A stretch of DNA of 63,923 nt, filler included, from Saprolegnia diclina VS20 (GCF_000281045.1; 12 parts of 4 records of this genome joined end to end with filler, not necessarily neighbours in it), one strand, 5' to 3'. Counted from the first letter of the whole stretch, positions 47,101 through 58,556 are shown. Made by a program: numbers and translations. The notes: a model not told the origin generated them from the letters alone.

Positions 47101-47900
47101 AGCTTTGTCCGGTCGTCTTTGAACTGCATGACGCGCTTCTGGATCGACTTCATGTACGTGGCAAGCCGGAGCGTGAGCGGCACGAAGAGGAGGATGACGC
47201 CGACGCCGGCAAGGAACGAGACGCCGATTTCGCGCCAGAGCAACCCGGACGACAGCAGAATCAAGTAGGGCACGACCCAGATCGAGTGCAAATCGACGGT
47301 CAGTTTCTGAACACGCGTGGCATCGATCGACATCAAGTTGGTCACTTGGCCTGAGGAGCGGTCGGCGGACGGCGCGATGCGGAGCGTCTTGCGGTACAGC
47401 GCGGCCTGGAGCGCGCTGCGAAAGCACATGCCGACTTCGCTCGCAAGGTACGTGTACTGGCGAATGCAGAGCGACTGGAGGACGCCCGACACGAAAATGA
47501 TGCTGACGAGCACGTAGCCGTGCGACGACGGCGCGCTCGGATCGCTCAAGAAGGCGATCATGGCCTTGAGCACGAGCGGCGCCGTGAAGAGAAGCGTCGC
47601 CCGGATGCCCCGAAGGAGCCCAGCAAGGAAGAAGCGCCAGCCAAAGGCGCGGAACAAGGCGCGGAGCAAGCTCGGCTTGGACGTGCATGCACACTGCGCT
47701 GCCCAGGCGGCGAGGAACCGCTCAACGACTGTCGTCGCGTCGTGGCCGGCCTCGATCGGGTAGAGGTCGTCGACGTCGAGGGTCTTGGTTGCGCCGAGGG
47801 CCAGGAGCGGGCTCAGCCACGTGAAGAAGAGCGCCGACGTGCAGCTTGCGCGGACTGGCGCCGGTGCTTTTGCCAGCAGTGGCGTTGCCTCGCTGGCCAT
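44190..47900 (-). CDS. ABCC (MRP-type) ABC transporter, full length, intronless
   Basis: TMD-NBD-TMD-NBD layout. GPTGSGKT, LSGGQK, VYLLDD; GRTGAGKSS, YSVGERQ, VMDEATASVD. Confidence 0.95.
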   Translation of the reverse strand: MASEATPLLAKAPAPVRASCTSALFFTWLSPLLALGATKTLDVDDLYPIEAGHDATTVVERFLAAWAAQCACTSKPSLLRALFRAFGWRFFLAGLLRGIRATLLFTAPLVLKAMIAFLSDPSAPSSHGYVLVSIIFVSGVLQSLCIRQYTYLASEVGMCFRSALQAALYRKTLRIAPSADRSSGQVTNLMSIDATRVQKLTVDLHSIWVVPYLILLSSGLLWREIGVSFLAGVGVILLFVPLTLRLATYMKSIQKRVMQFKDDRTKLCNEVFAGVKVIKCQAWEESFVSRIQTKRTSELAQLRTSELAQLRTYLVTRAVSNAMSNGLPAFTAVASFGLYVLLGHSLDVSTALTSLALFNILRLPLLKLPDMVNAILEAQISLDRLRDYLLSPDRVLVTSGSLLAPGVEWANATLEVPGAQTSVLRNVSLAVGTSTLVAIVGPTGSGKTSLLRSVLGEVAYASGSVAQRGAMAYVAQQPFILNATVRDNICFGLPYDRSRYDQAIDVACLTPDLALLPAGDRTEIGEKGINLSGGQKTRVALARAVYQDADVYLLDDVLAAVDAHVGARIVCECFQRVLKPKLILLATNASSALAVADAVVVLADGMVQASGTLTDVAIHPYVAKMLADAVPPPTTAPIGVEAAPTDAPLPASTCDTALMVAEDRTRGSVTASVYSVWLHACGGWATLLLVGIVYVAAEATSVAGTVWLSYWSEHVSGSTVRLYLCIFVSLQMAYVVGIFSRAAVLYIASLRGSQELFRSMLLRVVRAPMLFFETTPLGQLANRFTSDVYTADESLPATWSALLVTATTVVFTVGTIVAVTPLFAVILLPTGWAYWQSQRYYLHTARELQRLESISKSPVLSLFGETLEGLSTIRAAAAESAFAATFDARVNRNVQALWLNFSVNCWLSLRLEVAGTVVASFAGLCAVWVHAQGSSALFAGLAGVSLSYAFTMTKYMTQSVTNYSSLQTQMIAVERMDAYTRVRTEAVGGSSVPPAWPTTGAVAFHNVGLRYQPKRPLVLQNVTFAVPGGAKVGVVGRTGAGKSSLVVALMRLVEVDAGRITIDGVDVATVPLHRLRDAVSIVPQDPVLFSGSLRYNLDPLQLYSDDRLWAALKAVHLTGVGSLDDVVAERGGNYSVGERQLLCMARALLKQSKVIVMDEATASVDPATDRRLQATIRDVFADCTCLTIAHRLNTVLDADVMLVLDAGAVAEFGPPSTLLANPDGLLSHLVGGHAAE
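46966..47019. repeat. In-frame 24-nt tandem duplication inside the ABCC gene (RTSELAQL x2)
   Basis: gtgcgcagctgggcgagctcgctc occurs twice in tandem. Confidence 0.95.
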
Positions 47901-47931
47901 GACGGGTCCTCGCTCGGGATCGGGTGGTCTC

Positions 47932-48116
47932 GAAAATGCAGAGCGAAATCTTGATGTTTGTAGGAAGCATTAAATATTGCATTTTAAGTTTTCGAAGCGT
48001 GGCGTGTTCGATATTTGAACTTGGTCTTTGTATGGAGCAACTGAGGTGGGCGATGCGAAATAGGTGCAATGACGCAGCTAGTGGGTAAAACTGGGTTTTA
48101 CCTTGTTTACCGTGAA
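47932..48116. repeat. AT-rich non-coding element upstream of ABCC, with a diverged copy at about 51346-51487
   Basis: Shared blocks tgatgtttgta.gaagcattaaata..ttgcattttaa and gggtaaa(a)ctgggttttaccttgtttaccgt. Confidence 0.75.
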
Positions 48117-49325
48117 TAACGTGCTGTCGCCGACGTTGCACTTTTGACGTGGCAGCACGAAAACGTAGCGCAGCGAATGGCGGTGCAGCAGTGTCCGAGA
48201 AGACTGCCAGGTCAAGCAACCCGGGCAATACGACACGGAACTAGCTGGCATTCTTGGCCAATGGTCTTGGTGAACAAGGATACGCGGTTAGTTCATACGA
48301 GTAGCCGCTGGGTGGTGAAGTACTTGACGAGACCCTTGCTGAGAATAGGGAAGAACCGGAACCACACACTCTCCGAGCTCAACTCTCAGAGAAAAGACAG
48401 AAAGCTAATCGAGAGCAGGTCAGGTTGCAGTCGGATAGAGAATCAAAAGCTTGGGGAAAGGGAGCAGAACCCTTTGGGAGTAGAAACCGCCTCCTAGGGC
48501 CACTCGAATCCACCGCCGGTTGAATTCCGCTACAATGGTATTGCAGTGAACAAATATTGGAGATTTGGGGTTTAACGCATCGAGTCGAAATAAGAGCATC
48601 TCCAACGCGCCGCCGCTAGTCATTATTTATGTTCAATTTCCTACGTGGATGACGACCTCGTTGTCGACTGCGGGGTAAGCGTCAACGGTTCATCAGCTTC
48701 TCGATCGGGCTGACAGTCATGGTATTATTGATATGCCAAGCAGCTTGTGACAGCTACACGTGTGCCTCCTCGCCGGAGCACTTCGTTGCCGACGAATGCC
48801 CCGTGCAAGCACGACACATTCGCCAGTACGCAATTCGACAGCAAGTCGGACGATGCTGACCACGATGACGACCATCGCGATCAAGAGGTCTGCGAACCCG
48901 GCGACGGCACTTGGTCCGACACAGATATAGTCATTGCAGCAACCAAGGTTGCAAAGGCACCCGCCAACGACTTCGACGCCTTGCCCCACGACAACGACGA
49001 TCAAGCCGTCGCCGACGCCGTGCAAGATCGTTACCTGTGCCCCCACGATCTTTAAGCCGCCCTCAACGTCCACGATTCCGAGCACGTGGTCGCCTGCTTC
49101 GGTTCCGTGCAAGAGAACTCCGACTCCGTCGATGCGCCCGACGACGGCTCCGTGCAAGTAATTTTGAAAATTAATGTGCAATACATGTCATATTCACTTC
49201 ATGACATTTCTTCCAAGATGATCATNNNNNNNNNNNNNNNNNNNNNNNNNNNNNNNNNNNNNNNNNNNNNNNNNNNNNNNNNNNNNNNNNNNNNNNNNNN
49301 NNNNNNNNNNNNNNNNNNNNNNNNN

Positions 49326-49486
49326 TCGTGGCCGGCCTCGATCGGGTAGAGGTCGTCGACGTCGAGGGTCTTGGTTGCGCCGAGGGCCAGGAGCGGGCTC
49401 AGCCACATGAAGAAGAGCGCCGACAAGCAGCTCGCGCGGACTGGCGCCGGCGCTTTAGCCAGCAGTGGCGTCGCTTCGCTGGTCAT
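49326..49486 (-). CDS. 5' fragment of a near-identical tandem ABCC paralog, running into a gap
   Basis: MTSEATPLLAKAPAPVRASCLSALFFMWLSPLL versus MASEATPLLAKAPAPVRASCTSALFFTWLSPLL. Confidence 0.85.
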
Positions 49487-50760
49487 GTTGGATCGGGCAG
49501 TCGTTCAAATGGGCGAAGTGCCGTTTGATTGGGCACTTGGCGTTTACTGGCGCATGCTCTATTGAGACTTAATATCCTGTGAAATCAAATACGGAGCTTG
49601 GCGATAGGATGGCAAAGGGTACTGCACTGCATTCTATTGCGTCGGGGCGCTCCAGGGCGCGCGGTCCGCGCGGATGGCGCAGCGCCAGCCACCCATGCCA
49701 CCGCCGCCGGCGTCGCTGCTTTCAGCATGGAGGCTTCAAGCCGCCATCTTCCCAGCACAGCCCACCGGCGCGCGCTCGCATAGCCAGCGCATGTCGCTGC
49801 TCAGCTCAGACCACCGCACGTGCCACTGCAGCCAACGCGCTGCCTGGTCGCCACCACCAAGCCATCGCCATCGCCTGAATGGGCGCCTACGACTCTTAGT
49901 GGTATATCATCAAGGTGCTCCAGCGCGCTGATTCCGTGTCGAAGCTGCACTGTGCTGCGAGCCCAAGCGACACAGGCGCTACCGACACGCTGTCGAGTTG
50001 CACCTCATGCCCCCGTCAACTCCTGTACGGCGCCAGTAGACTACGCCCTCATGAGGGCACTCGTACCAAGTCTTATTCGTCATTCAAGAATGCAGCAATC
50101 TCATTAACTTATACATGTAATACTACCCAGCGGCTTCAACCGCGTCTCGTTGTCGCTTTGCTGTTGTCGCTCGACCTCGCCGCATCGGCGCGCCTTCGTT
50201 GAACGCACGCTTGCTGCCCATAATTTTCAGCGCAGGGCGTCCGCGACGCAGGTCGACGATCCAGCTATCTGCCGCGGGCCAACGATGGTCAATCTTGAAG
50301 AGCCCAGTCGCCGCGATGGACCCTTGCGCAGGTGGGCAATGCGCTACCAGAGCAACACTGATGTGAGCGAGCAAGCACGGGCAGCGCGATGGGTGTCGAT
50401 CTACGTACCTTGTGCGATCGGCTCGTCGCCTCGGAGATCTGGCGCTGTCACGCGCGGCTTGGCGTCTCGGGTGCGACCGCCGTTCTTGATAATGGCGAGG
50501 AGGCGACAAGCGCACAGAGCAGAGAAGGAACGGCTGAGTTGAGGGGCGCAGGCTGTGGCGCTTGGTAGAAGAGGCGCGCGTCTCGGCCTCGAGCGTCGCT
50601 GAGGCGACTCCCACGGCCGGTCGCGAAGCACCTCACACCCCGCGGGCCAGCATGATGATTGCGCGATGGCCGTGTACGGCCATCGAAAATCGCTCCATTT
50701 TGTCCAATGATATTGCATGGAGGACTGACTTGATTCTTGTATGCAGCACTTAGGCTGGTG

Positions 50761-50920
50761 TGATCCAGCCTGATCCAGCCTTTAGAAAATTCATCATTTT
50801 GTCCAATCAGAGCGGGCTAAACTGCTCTCCACTGGCGTTTCATGCCCCATTCTGATTGGCTGGCGTTTTACTGACCTCGCTAGTATGACGTAATCAACCT
50901 AGCGAGATTACGTAATCCAG
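50761..50920. promoter_or_regulatory. Putative regulatory cluster: two CCAAT boxes, TGACGTAA/TTACGTAA sites and overlapping inverted repeats
   Basis: ccaatcag at about 50803, ctgattgg at about 50852, ctcgctag..ctagcgag, acgtaatc..gattacgt, and tgatccagcc x2. Confidence 0.35.
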
Positions 50921-51348
50921 GAAATGCCCAGGGCTGCTCCCCGCGCAAAAAAAGATGATAAAATAGGATCCATGACTTTCTCCCTCTCTTTTTCTATGCG
51001 GCGCGCCAGTAAATTTAACAATCCCAATCAACTGGCACTTTGCCCAAANNNNNNNNNNNNNNNNNNNNNNNNNNNNNNNNNNNNNNNNNNNNTTAATTAA
51101 TTAANNNNNNNNNNNNNNNNNNNNNNNNNNNNNNNNNNNNNNNNNNNNATTCTGATTGGCTGGCGTTTTACTGACCTCGCTAGTATGACGTAATCAACCT
51201 AGCGAGATTACGTAATCCAGGAAATGCCCAGGGCTGCTCCCCGCGCAAAAAAAGATGATAAAATAGGATCCATGACTTTCTCCCTCTCTTTTTCTATGCG
51301 GCGCGCCAGTAAATTTAACAATCCCAATCAACTGGCACTTTGCCCAAA
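50849..51348. repeat. Identical 200-bp contig-end overlap (50849-51048 equals 51149-51348)
   Basis: Same sequence on both sides of the linker. Confidence 0.95.
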
Positions 51349-51559
51349 AATGCAAGATACATATGCTGATGTTTGTAAGAAGCATTAAATAATATTGCAT
51401 TTTAATTTTCCGAATTGTGGTGCCAAGCGATCGAAATGGGTACAATGATGAGCCATGGGGTAAACTGGGTTTTACCTTGTTTACCGTTGTTGAAGTGAGT
51501 CGATTTCGATGTACAATTGACACTCAACTGTTTTTGGGTGGACTTTCTTTCGATGCAGA

Positions 51560-52050
51560 GCGTGTTGTGCTAGACGGCCGCAGTGGCGTGCGGAAGGCGA
51601 GGTGTATGGAGGGCGCAAGCCGGGACGAGATGGTCACGAGGCCCGGCGTCGCGTTCATCATGTGGTAGAGGCATATCGATTGGGTATTCAGCAGCAAGTG
51701 GTGGAGATGCAGCTTGGTCAAGAACGCGGCGCGGGTGGCGGCCACCTCGGGACGGAAGACGCGGTCGTTTTGGGCGAGCCAAACCGTGTGCAGCACGCAG
51801 ACTCGTCGGGTCGGCCACACCAGTATCGTTGGGCCATCACCGGCGGTGAGAGAGCGCGTGCAGCGTCGTGGGGAGTTCCAGTTTGAGCGCATCGACGAGA
51901 GGCCGAAAGACACCCAAGGCTCAGCTGCATGTCGGCTGCTGCCTTGTCGGCGCCGGTCGTTCTGTCGAAAGAACGGTGACGGCGTTGATTGTTGACATTG
52001 CAAATCCGCCACGAGCTTGGCGTTCATGCATGGTGGCAGCATGACTGCGC
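51560..52050 (-). mobile_element. Degenerate 3' end of a non-LTR (L1/Tx1-like) retrotransposon ORF2
   Basis: WPTRRVCVLHTVWLAQNDRVF resembles the W...R...L..IW..RN..VF motif after the RT zinc-binding region. No RT core is visible. Confidence 0.45.
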
Positions 52051-53409
52051 TGCAACGAAAAACGTACGCGCCGCCGCTTGTTTGTTTAGGACCACTGAGA
52101 TGGCGGCAACGCCTTCGGGAGTCGCTCCAAGTATGTAATACCATCTTTGCTGTTCGCAGCCCTGCTTGTCATGCCTACTTGTGGTAATTGTTGGTGCGCA
52201 TTCCACAGCTACAATACAGAATGGACAAATGCATTCTCTTGGAGTCCACGCCTTTATTGCTCTTCGTTCCAGCGGTAGAAGAACTGGTGTCTATCGGGTG
52301 CAAGCCTCGGCCGCTGCTATTATAATAGCGTGGAGACAGTCTTTCAAGGCCAACTCTCTGGGACAATGTACATACGGCGACAAGTCGTACGTGGTGACAC
52401 TCGTTACGCAGGAGGCACATTCCATGCGATCACGAAGCGTGCGATGGTGTTGCCGAGGGCGATATGCTTGAAGTGTAATTACATAACGTCGACTGGTCAG
52501 GTGGCACCGCTGTGGTCGACGGCGAGGCTTCTCTACAGGGTTGCATCAGGCTATAGGACATGGCGTCGATGCGCTGGTCCTTCTTCGACTTGCATTCGTT
52601 GATTGTGCTCGACGCATACCATTTTTGCTCGTAGATTGAGCGTGCGTCATGTGCCTTTGCTATAAAAGTCGCAGACGGGAGGCTTTGATATATATATATA
52701 TNNNNNNNNNNNNNNNNNNNNNNNNNNNNNNNNNNNNNNNNNNNNTTAATTAATTAANNNNNNNNNNNNNNNNNNNNNNNNNNNNNNNNNNNNNNNNNNN
52801 NGCCCTCGTCTCGCTACGCTACGTCAACCACACCAAGCGATAAAGTGTACGACACGAAAAGCGTAGGTGTGATACAACAAAAATATATTCCATTCATTTG
52901 ATTTGAAATAATGCATCGATGCTAGTACGATTCGAATTGCTGGGTCTGAGATTTGAGACTGTGGTTGTGATCTGGCTTCAGCGCTTCGAGTGGTGGGGTT
53001 TGGTATACACACTTGCGTGAAGAATGGAAAATGTTTAGGTAGAAGTCAGACGTAGTAATATGATCTCATTACATTTCATTTTCCATTCCTACGTCCAACG
53101 TACACTTCGTGCGAAGACGTACGGGTGGTGAAAGAACGTTTGCCGTTAATCGTTCTTTTGGCAATGCGACGGTGTCAAAAGCGGCGGCTCCTACTGCCTG
53201 TGGACCAAAGCCTCCCTGATTCCAATATTGTACATTTTTTCATTTCGCTGGCTCTCGGCCGCATCGATCACAAATGACTGCATCTGACGCGACCTAGTCA
53301 GAGACGCCTCAACCCAAGCCGGTCACCGTCCTCGACTTAGCTTTGGCTGTTTTGAATTCAATGGACAGAAAAGTCAACCTGTGGACTTGACATAAGCGAT
53401 TACTAATAT

Positions 53410-53796
53410 CTAATCATTCGAACTGCTCGCCATGCTACTACTTGTCGACTCGGCAAAGGACAATGCGCCCACGACGTGAAAGACATAGACGCCCGCAATG
53501 ATAGCACCGGCCGTGATGGTTTGAGAGGCGTAGGGTTTGCTCGCAGAGAGAATGGCCTCGCTCATTACTGTTTGAGGCTTGAACCGACGCAAAGCAGCGT
53601 CACCAGTGAGGTGAAGCGCGCCAATAGTCGTGATCCCAGCAAAGAGGCCTTCGAACGGACGCACAAGCGCCGCGTCCTTCCCCGTAGACTTCTCAGCGAG
53701 CGAACGTCCCATTTGCCAGGCGCCTTGCCCAATACAAAGAGCCGGCAGGATCGAAACGGCTCCAAAGATGGCGTACGCCGTCGGCGGCACTGACAT
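53410..53796 (-). CDS. Small hydrophobic protein family (~128 aa), copy 1
   Basis: MSVPPTAYA..LCIG.GA..G.SLA...TGKDA.LVRP..G...GI...G.L...G...LRRF is conserved in four copies. Confidence 0.7.
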   Translation of the reverse strand: MSVPPTAYAIFGAVSILPALCIGQGAWQMGRSLAEKSTGKDAALVRPFEGLFAGITTIGALHLTGDAALRRFKPQTVMSEAILSASKPYASQTITAGAIIAGVYVFHVVGALSFAESTSSSMASSSND

Positions 53797-54417
53797 GATC
53801 TCGACAATTGGCAAATGACCAGCCTCGGGGAGGTTCCGCAGCCAGTGTGCGGGTTGTAGAATGGACGTTTGGAGTGTGCTGGTTGTTGCATTTGTGTGTT
53901 GTCGGTTGCTGAGAAAAAGCAAAAGGGAGGACCGTCATTTTTCACGCCCGATGGAGCCACCACCACCAACGCTCTGCACACGGCCAGCAATCTCGCGGTG
54001 CAACGTCGACGTGCTACAGTATTGTCATGCGGGTCGCACGTTTTGTTTATTCGACGCCTGGCGACGTTGGAGCACCCACTGCAAGCCACCGGGTACGAGT
54101 CGAAATGACAGAGCGACGTCTTTTCCACGCACGATACCATCGTCATCGACGATGCCCACAACATATTGCATCAACCAATCGACTGCAAACAACCGCATTG
54201 CCCAACCAACGCTGGTTGTGGCGCGCCGGCGGCGACTGTTTGGCCGTGATATATCATCTCGTCGGTTAAAGCGTTGTTCTCGTCCCCATAAAAGACTTCA
54301 CTCTAGTTGCAGGCTCTATATTTGCGGTCGCTCACATGGAAGGCTCTCGAGGGACACAGTATTTCATCAACTTGCTGTTTCAATCGACGGCAAAGTAGAC
54401 GGACTTGATATTCGCGA

Positions 54418-54804
54418 TTACGAGTCTTCTGAACTGCGCGTCATGCTCGTCCTTGTCAACTCGGGATCGATGTTCGTGCCCACGACACGAAAGACATAGA
54501 CGCCCGCAATGAGGGCACCAGCCAAGATGGTTTGGGAGACATTGTACTTGACCGTCAGGAAAACGACTTCGCCCAATTGCGTTTGAGGCTTGAACCGACG
54601 CAAAGCAGCGTCACCAGTGAGGTGAAGCGCGCCATACGTCATGATCCCAGCAGCGGTCGCTTTGAGCGGATGCACAACCGCTCCGTCCTTCCCCGTAGAC
54701 TTTGCAGCGAGCGAACGTCCAATCAGCCCCGCGCCGCATCCGATACAAAGGAAATGAAAAGCGTAAGCTCCAGCGATGGCGTACGCCGTCGGCGGCAGTG
54801 ACAT
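54418..54804 (-). CDS. Small hydrophobic protein family, copy 2
   Basis: Collinear paralog of copy 1 with the same ATG context (gatcATGtca). Confidence 0.7.
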   Translation of the reverse strand: MSLPPTAYAIAGAYAFHFLCIGCGAGLIGRSLAAKSTGKDGAVVHPLKATAAGIMTYGALHLTGDAALRRFKPQTQLGEVVFLTVKYNVSQTILAGALIAGVYVFRVVGTNIDPELTRTSMTRSSEDS

Positions 54805-57505
54805 GATCAAGCCAATGGGCAAATGACCAGCCTCGGGGAGGGTCCGCAGCCAGTGTGCGGGTTGTAGAATGGACGTTCGGAGTGTGCTGAGTTGTTGAGA
54901 AAGGCAGTGGACAACTATCGTCCTTCCCAGGCGATAAGCCAATAGCAAATGCTCGGTCCTCTTGGCAGCAGCCAAGCAGCGACGGACTTGCTGTGCGTCC
55001 AAGCATGGGTCCATAAACGATTCGTACTACTTGAGACGCGGTACCCACCGCCGACCATCGACATTTCCTTTTGCGATATATAAATGTGTGTATTATGTAC
55101 ATAGTTTCTATCTGTTTACCGCTTGGTGTGGTTGATGTAGCGCAGCGCGAGCATCGCAAGGACGCGGAAGAAGATGNNNNNNNNNNNNNNNNNNNNNNNN
55201 NNNNNNNNNNNNNNNNNNNNTTAATTAATTAANNNNNNNNNNNNNNNNNNNNNNNNNNNNNNNNNNNNNNNNNNNNGCATTACAGGGCCAACATATCACA
55301 GCAATTGTTTCTTGGGTGCATGGAGCGGCAGGTTCAGAAGCTGGATTGAAAAGGCCACTGGTACGAGCGACAATGGTCCAACAAGCGCTGGATGTGGTCG
55401 GTTTCGCAGTGAGATCAGCGAATACAATCTCTGGTAGGTTGGTGAAACTAAGGAATAATGCAATTTTTTGTTGTAAAACATTGGCCAAGGTTTGTGGTTA
55501 TTCACATATCAGACCAAACTGCTATGTTCGTGAGTGGCATGGCACTGTGCTGCAAGGTCGGAGAACTTATAATTGCGATTGGCTCGAGCTGGCTGGCTCG
55601 GCAAAGTACTTGGCCTCTTCTATATCTGGACTTGTAGATCGGTCGGCCTTTCACGGAACCCTGGTCCTCCTTCTTGGCGACAGCAAACAGTTTTTCAATG
55701 GTTCGTTGTAGTGCCTTTGCCGAACGCGTGGGCGGCATCCGCAATCAGAATGGACGTCTCGGTAGCGCTTAGTTGAATGGCCGAAGCAAATACATCAGGG
55801 TCCCTTTTTCGTAGAATCTCTGTGCAGCAATGGAAACAGTGCAGGAAATGGCACCAATGCCAGATTCGTGCCACTGCCAAAACCGTAACGCCTACAATCG
55901 GGAATGCAAAGTGAGTCTCTTTGCAACATCGCGAGTTCTGCATAACTACTTGTAGTGAGTTCTGCGGCGGAGCCAGTGTGTAGGCTATCAACTCTCACAA
56001 ACAGTTCAAATTGCTTCCGTGCTGCTTCCGGGCACAGATGCCAAGGTATCATGCACAGGATGCATGCTTAGATACAAGGAATCAAAGCCGCATGCGCTCG
56101 CAAGGGGAGCGGTTGTTCGAACGACGAGACCAGATAGAGTCTTGGAGCCGCAAACTAGCCAATGCACTTGGTTGAATTGTTTATGACGGAAGCGAGCCTA
56201 ATTCTCTGTCAACATAGAGCGTTGCCTTGCGAGGAGTACCACAACAGCACAAAACCCATCAAAGCCATCAGAGAACATTGAAATTACCACCGTATTAGTA
56301 GCGACTTCTATTGCCCTTTTGTTATGATTTATTTATGCATAGCAGAGCTACTCTTGAAGCCCGTTGCACCGAATTTCATTGGACATCGCAACCAGCACGT
56401 CGGCCGGGACGCTTACGTCGTCCATAACTAGCATCACAGTTCGCGGGCGAATTACGCCCACCCAGGATCCAGTGATCGCCGTCTCCAGTCATGTACGATC
56501 CCATCGAGCAGGAAGCCGTGACCACCGCACATTCTTTTGACGGCAAATGACGGATAATTGGACTTGTCCCAGCACGTACAAACGACCGCGAGCCAAGTTC
56601 TCGCTAGCGATTGCGCGTGATCCACTTTGACACAACAAATTCGTCTCCCCAATGCGAACGTTGTCGAATTCCAAAGGCCAAATTCGGCCTTTCCCGCCAC
56701 TCGACCATCACTCTGTGTCANNNNNNNNNNNNNNNNNNNNNNNNNNNNNNNNNNNNNNNNNNNNNNNNNNNNNNNNNNNNNNNNNNNNNNNNNNNNNNNN
56801 NNNNNNNNNNNNNNNNNNNNTGGCTGCATTGTCCTCTTCCGCGTCCTTGCCCTCGTCTCGCTACGCTACGTCAACCACACCAAGCGATAAAGTGTACGAC
56901 ACGAAAAGCGTAGGTATGACGCATGACGTTGAGTGTGATACAACAACATATATTTTGATCTGAAATAATGCATCGATGCTAAGTTCGTAGCCATCTCGTT
57001 TTCATAGATCTTATTTGGGTATCGCCCAATCTTATGCATCCAAAACGTCTCACAAACTAGAGTTTGCATCGATACACGAGCCGTATTCAATATCAGTACA
57101 AATAGCACGTCACAACATATCTACTAGGAACGAATCAACCAGATTTTTGAAACGCCTCCGACGCCAACCTTGGTCCACGAGATATCCACCGTAAGGTATT
57201 TCACACCAAAGCTCAAGTCTCCTCAACCCACAGGAAGACCGAACTTGGCCGTGGCATTCCAGCCATGACTGTCCACTTGGCCGCTCATCTCCGGACGCCC
57301 AAACAGGTACGTAGTTGTCGGATCAAGTCCCAACGCTGTACTTCATACGACAACGAGCTTCTCATTTGGCTTCAAATCGTGTACAGGCCAATGCACAAGC
57401 TGGCCGTGCAGAGCGTTGGTTGTCGTCCGCCGTGAAAATGATGGTATTTTCTCCACAATCGGCGCAGTGGCCGCTGAACCGGTCATTTGTCCATTCAACT
57501 CGATC

Positions 57506-57904
57506 ATGTCACTGCCGCCGCCGACGCACGCTGGGATTGCTGCGGCTTCCATCGGAGCTACAGTCCTGCCGTCCCTTTGTATCGGTTTTGGCGCCATGTA
57601 CATCGGCACTTCGCTCGCTGAGAATATCACAGGCAAGGACGCCGTGCTTGTGCGTCCGCTTGGGGGACTCTTTTCTGGGATCGCGACATTTGGCGGGCTT
57701 CGAATTGCTGGTAGCGAGGTTCTACGTCGGTTCACGCCTCGAACGCCGGCAGGGCAAGCGGTTTTCTCGACGCTCCAGCCCGAAATTTCCCGATCCGTAA
57801 CTGCTGCCGCCCTTATTGCGGGCGTATTTGCATTTCGAGTCGTGGGCGCGATCGCCGATCCGGAATCGACACAAACAAGTATTTCGAGTGGCTCGAAAGA
57901 CTAG
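57506..57904 (+). CDS. Small hydrophobic protein family, copy 3 (most diverged, inverted)
   Basis: MSLPPPTHAGIA..LPSLCIGFGA..TGKDAVLVRP..LRRF..ALIAGVFAFRVVG. Confidence 0.7.
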   Translation: MSLPPPTHAGIAAASIGATVLPSLCIGFGAMYIGTSLAENITGKDAVLVRPLGGLFSGIATFGGLRIAGSEVLRRFTPRTPAGQAVFSTLQPEISRSVTAAALIAGVFAFRVVGAIADPESTQTSISSGSKD

Positions 57905-58178
57905 CGTGATGAGTCAATAATCGCAACTGGTCGTTCTTTTGGCAATGCAACGGTGTCAAAAGCGGTGGCTCCTACTGGCTGTGGACCAAAGCCTCCCTGA
58001 TTTCAATATTGTACATTTTTTCATTTCGCTGGCTCTCGGCCATATCGATCACAAATGACTGCATATGTCTCGACCTAGTCAGAGACGCCTCGACCCAAGC
58101 CGGTCACCCCTCGACCATGCGTTGGCTGCTTTGAATTCAATGGACAGAAAATTCAACTTGTGGACTTGACTTTTGCAG

Positions 58179-58556
58179 TTACTGGTATCTAGTCTTCTGA
58201 ACTCCTCGCCATGCTACTACTGCGCCCATGACGTGAAAGACATAGACGCCCGCAATGAGAGCACCGGCCGTGATGGTTTGAGAGGCGTAGGGTTTGCTCG
58301 CACAGAGAATGGCCTCGCTCATTACTGTTTGAGGCTTGAACCGACACAAAGCAGTGTCACCAGTCATTTGAAGCGCGCCATACGTCGTGATCCCAGGAAA
58401 GAGGCCTTCGAACGGACGCACAAGCGCTGCGTCCTTCCCCGTAGACTTCTCAACGAGCGAACTTCCCATTTGCCGGGCCCCTTGCCCGATACAAAGAGCC
58501 GGCAGGATCGTAGAGGCCACCACCATGATGGTGTACGCCGTCGGCGGCAGTGACAT
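58179..58556 (-). CDS. Small hydrophobic protein family, copy 4 (chimeric; 22-nt C-terminal deletion shifts frame)
   Basis: Body and downstream flank match copy 1; upstream flank matches copy 2. ttgtcctttgccgagtcgacaa is missing relative to copy 1. Confidence 0.68.
   Translation of the reverse strand: MSLPPTAYTIMVVASTILPALCIGQGARQMGSSLVEKSTGKDAALVRPFEGLFPGITTYGALQMTGDTALCRFKPQTVMSEAILCASKPYASQTITAGALIAGVYVFHVMGAVVAWRGVQKTRYQ

Noticed and set aside
48747..49161. Thr/Pro-rich mucin-like ORF (PCPTTTTIKPSPTPCK)
   Set aside because: In-frame stop just upstream, no ATG or signal peptide; at most a decayed fragment.
50849..51348. 200-bp direct repeat as an LTR pair or tandem duplication
   Set aside because: Identical and flush with both contig ends; an unmerged overlap.
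52688..52701. (TA)n run
   Set aside because: Ordinary microsatellite at a contig break.
55277..56450. Lower-GC segment with broken minus-strand ORFs, possible transposon relic
   Set aside because: No recognisable motif or terminal repeat.
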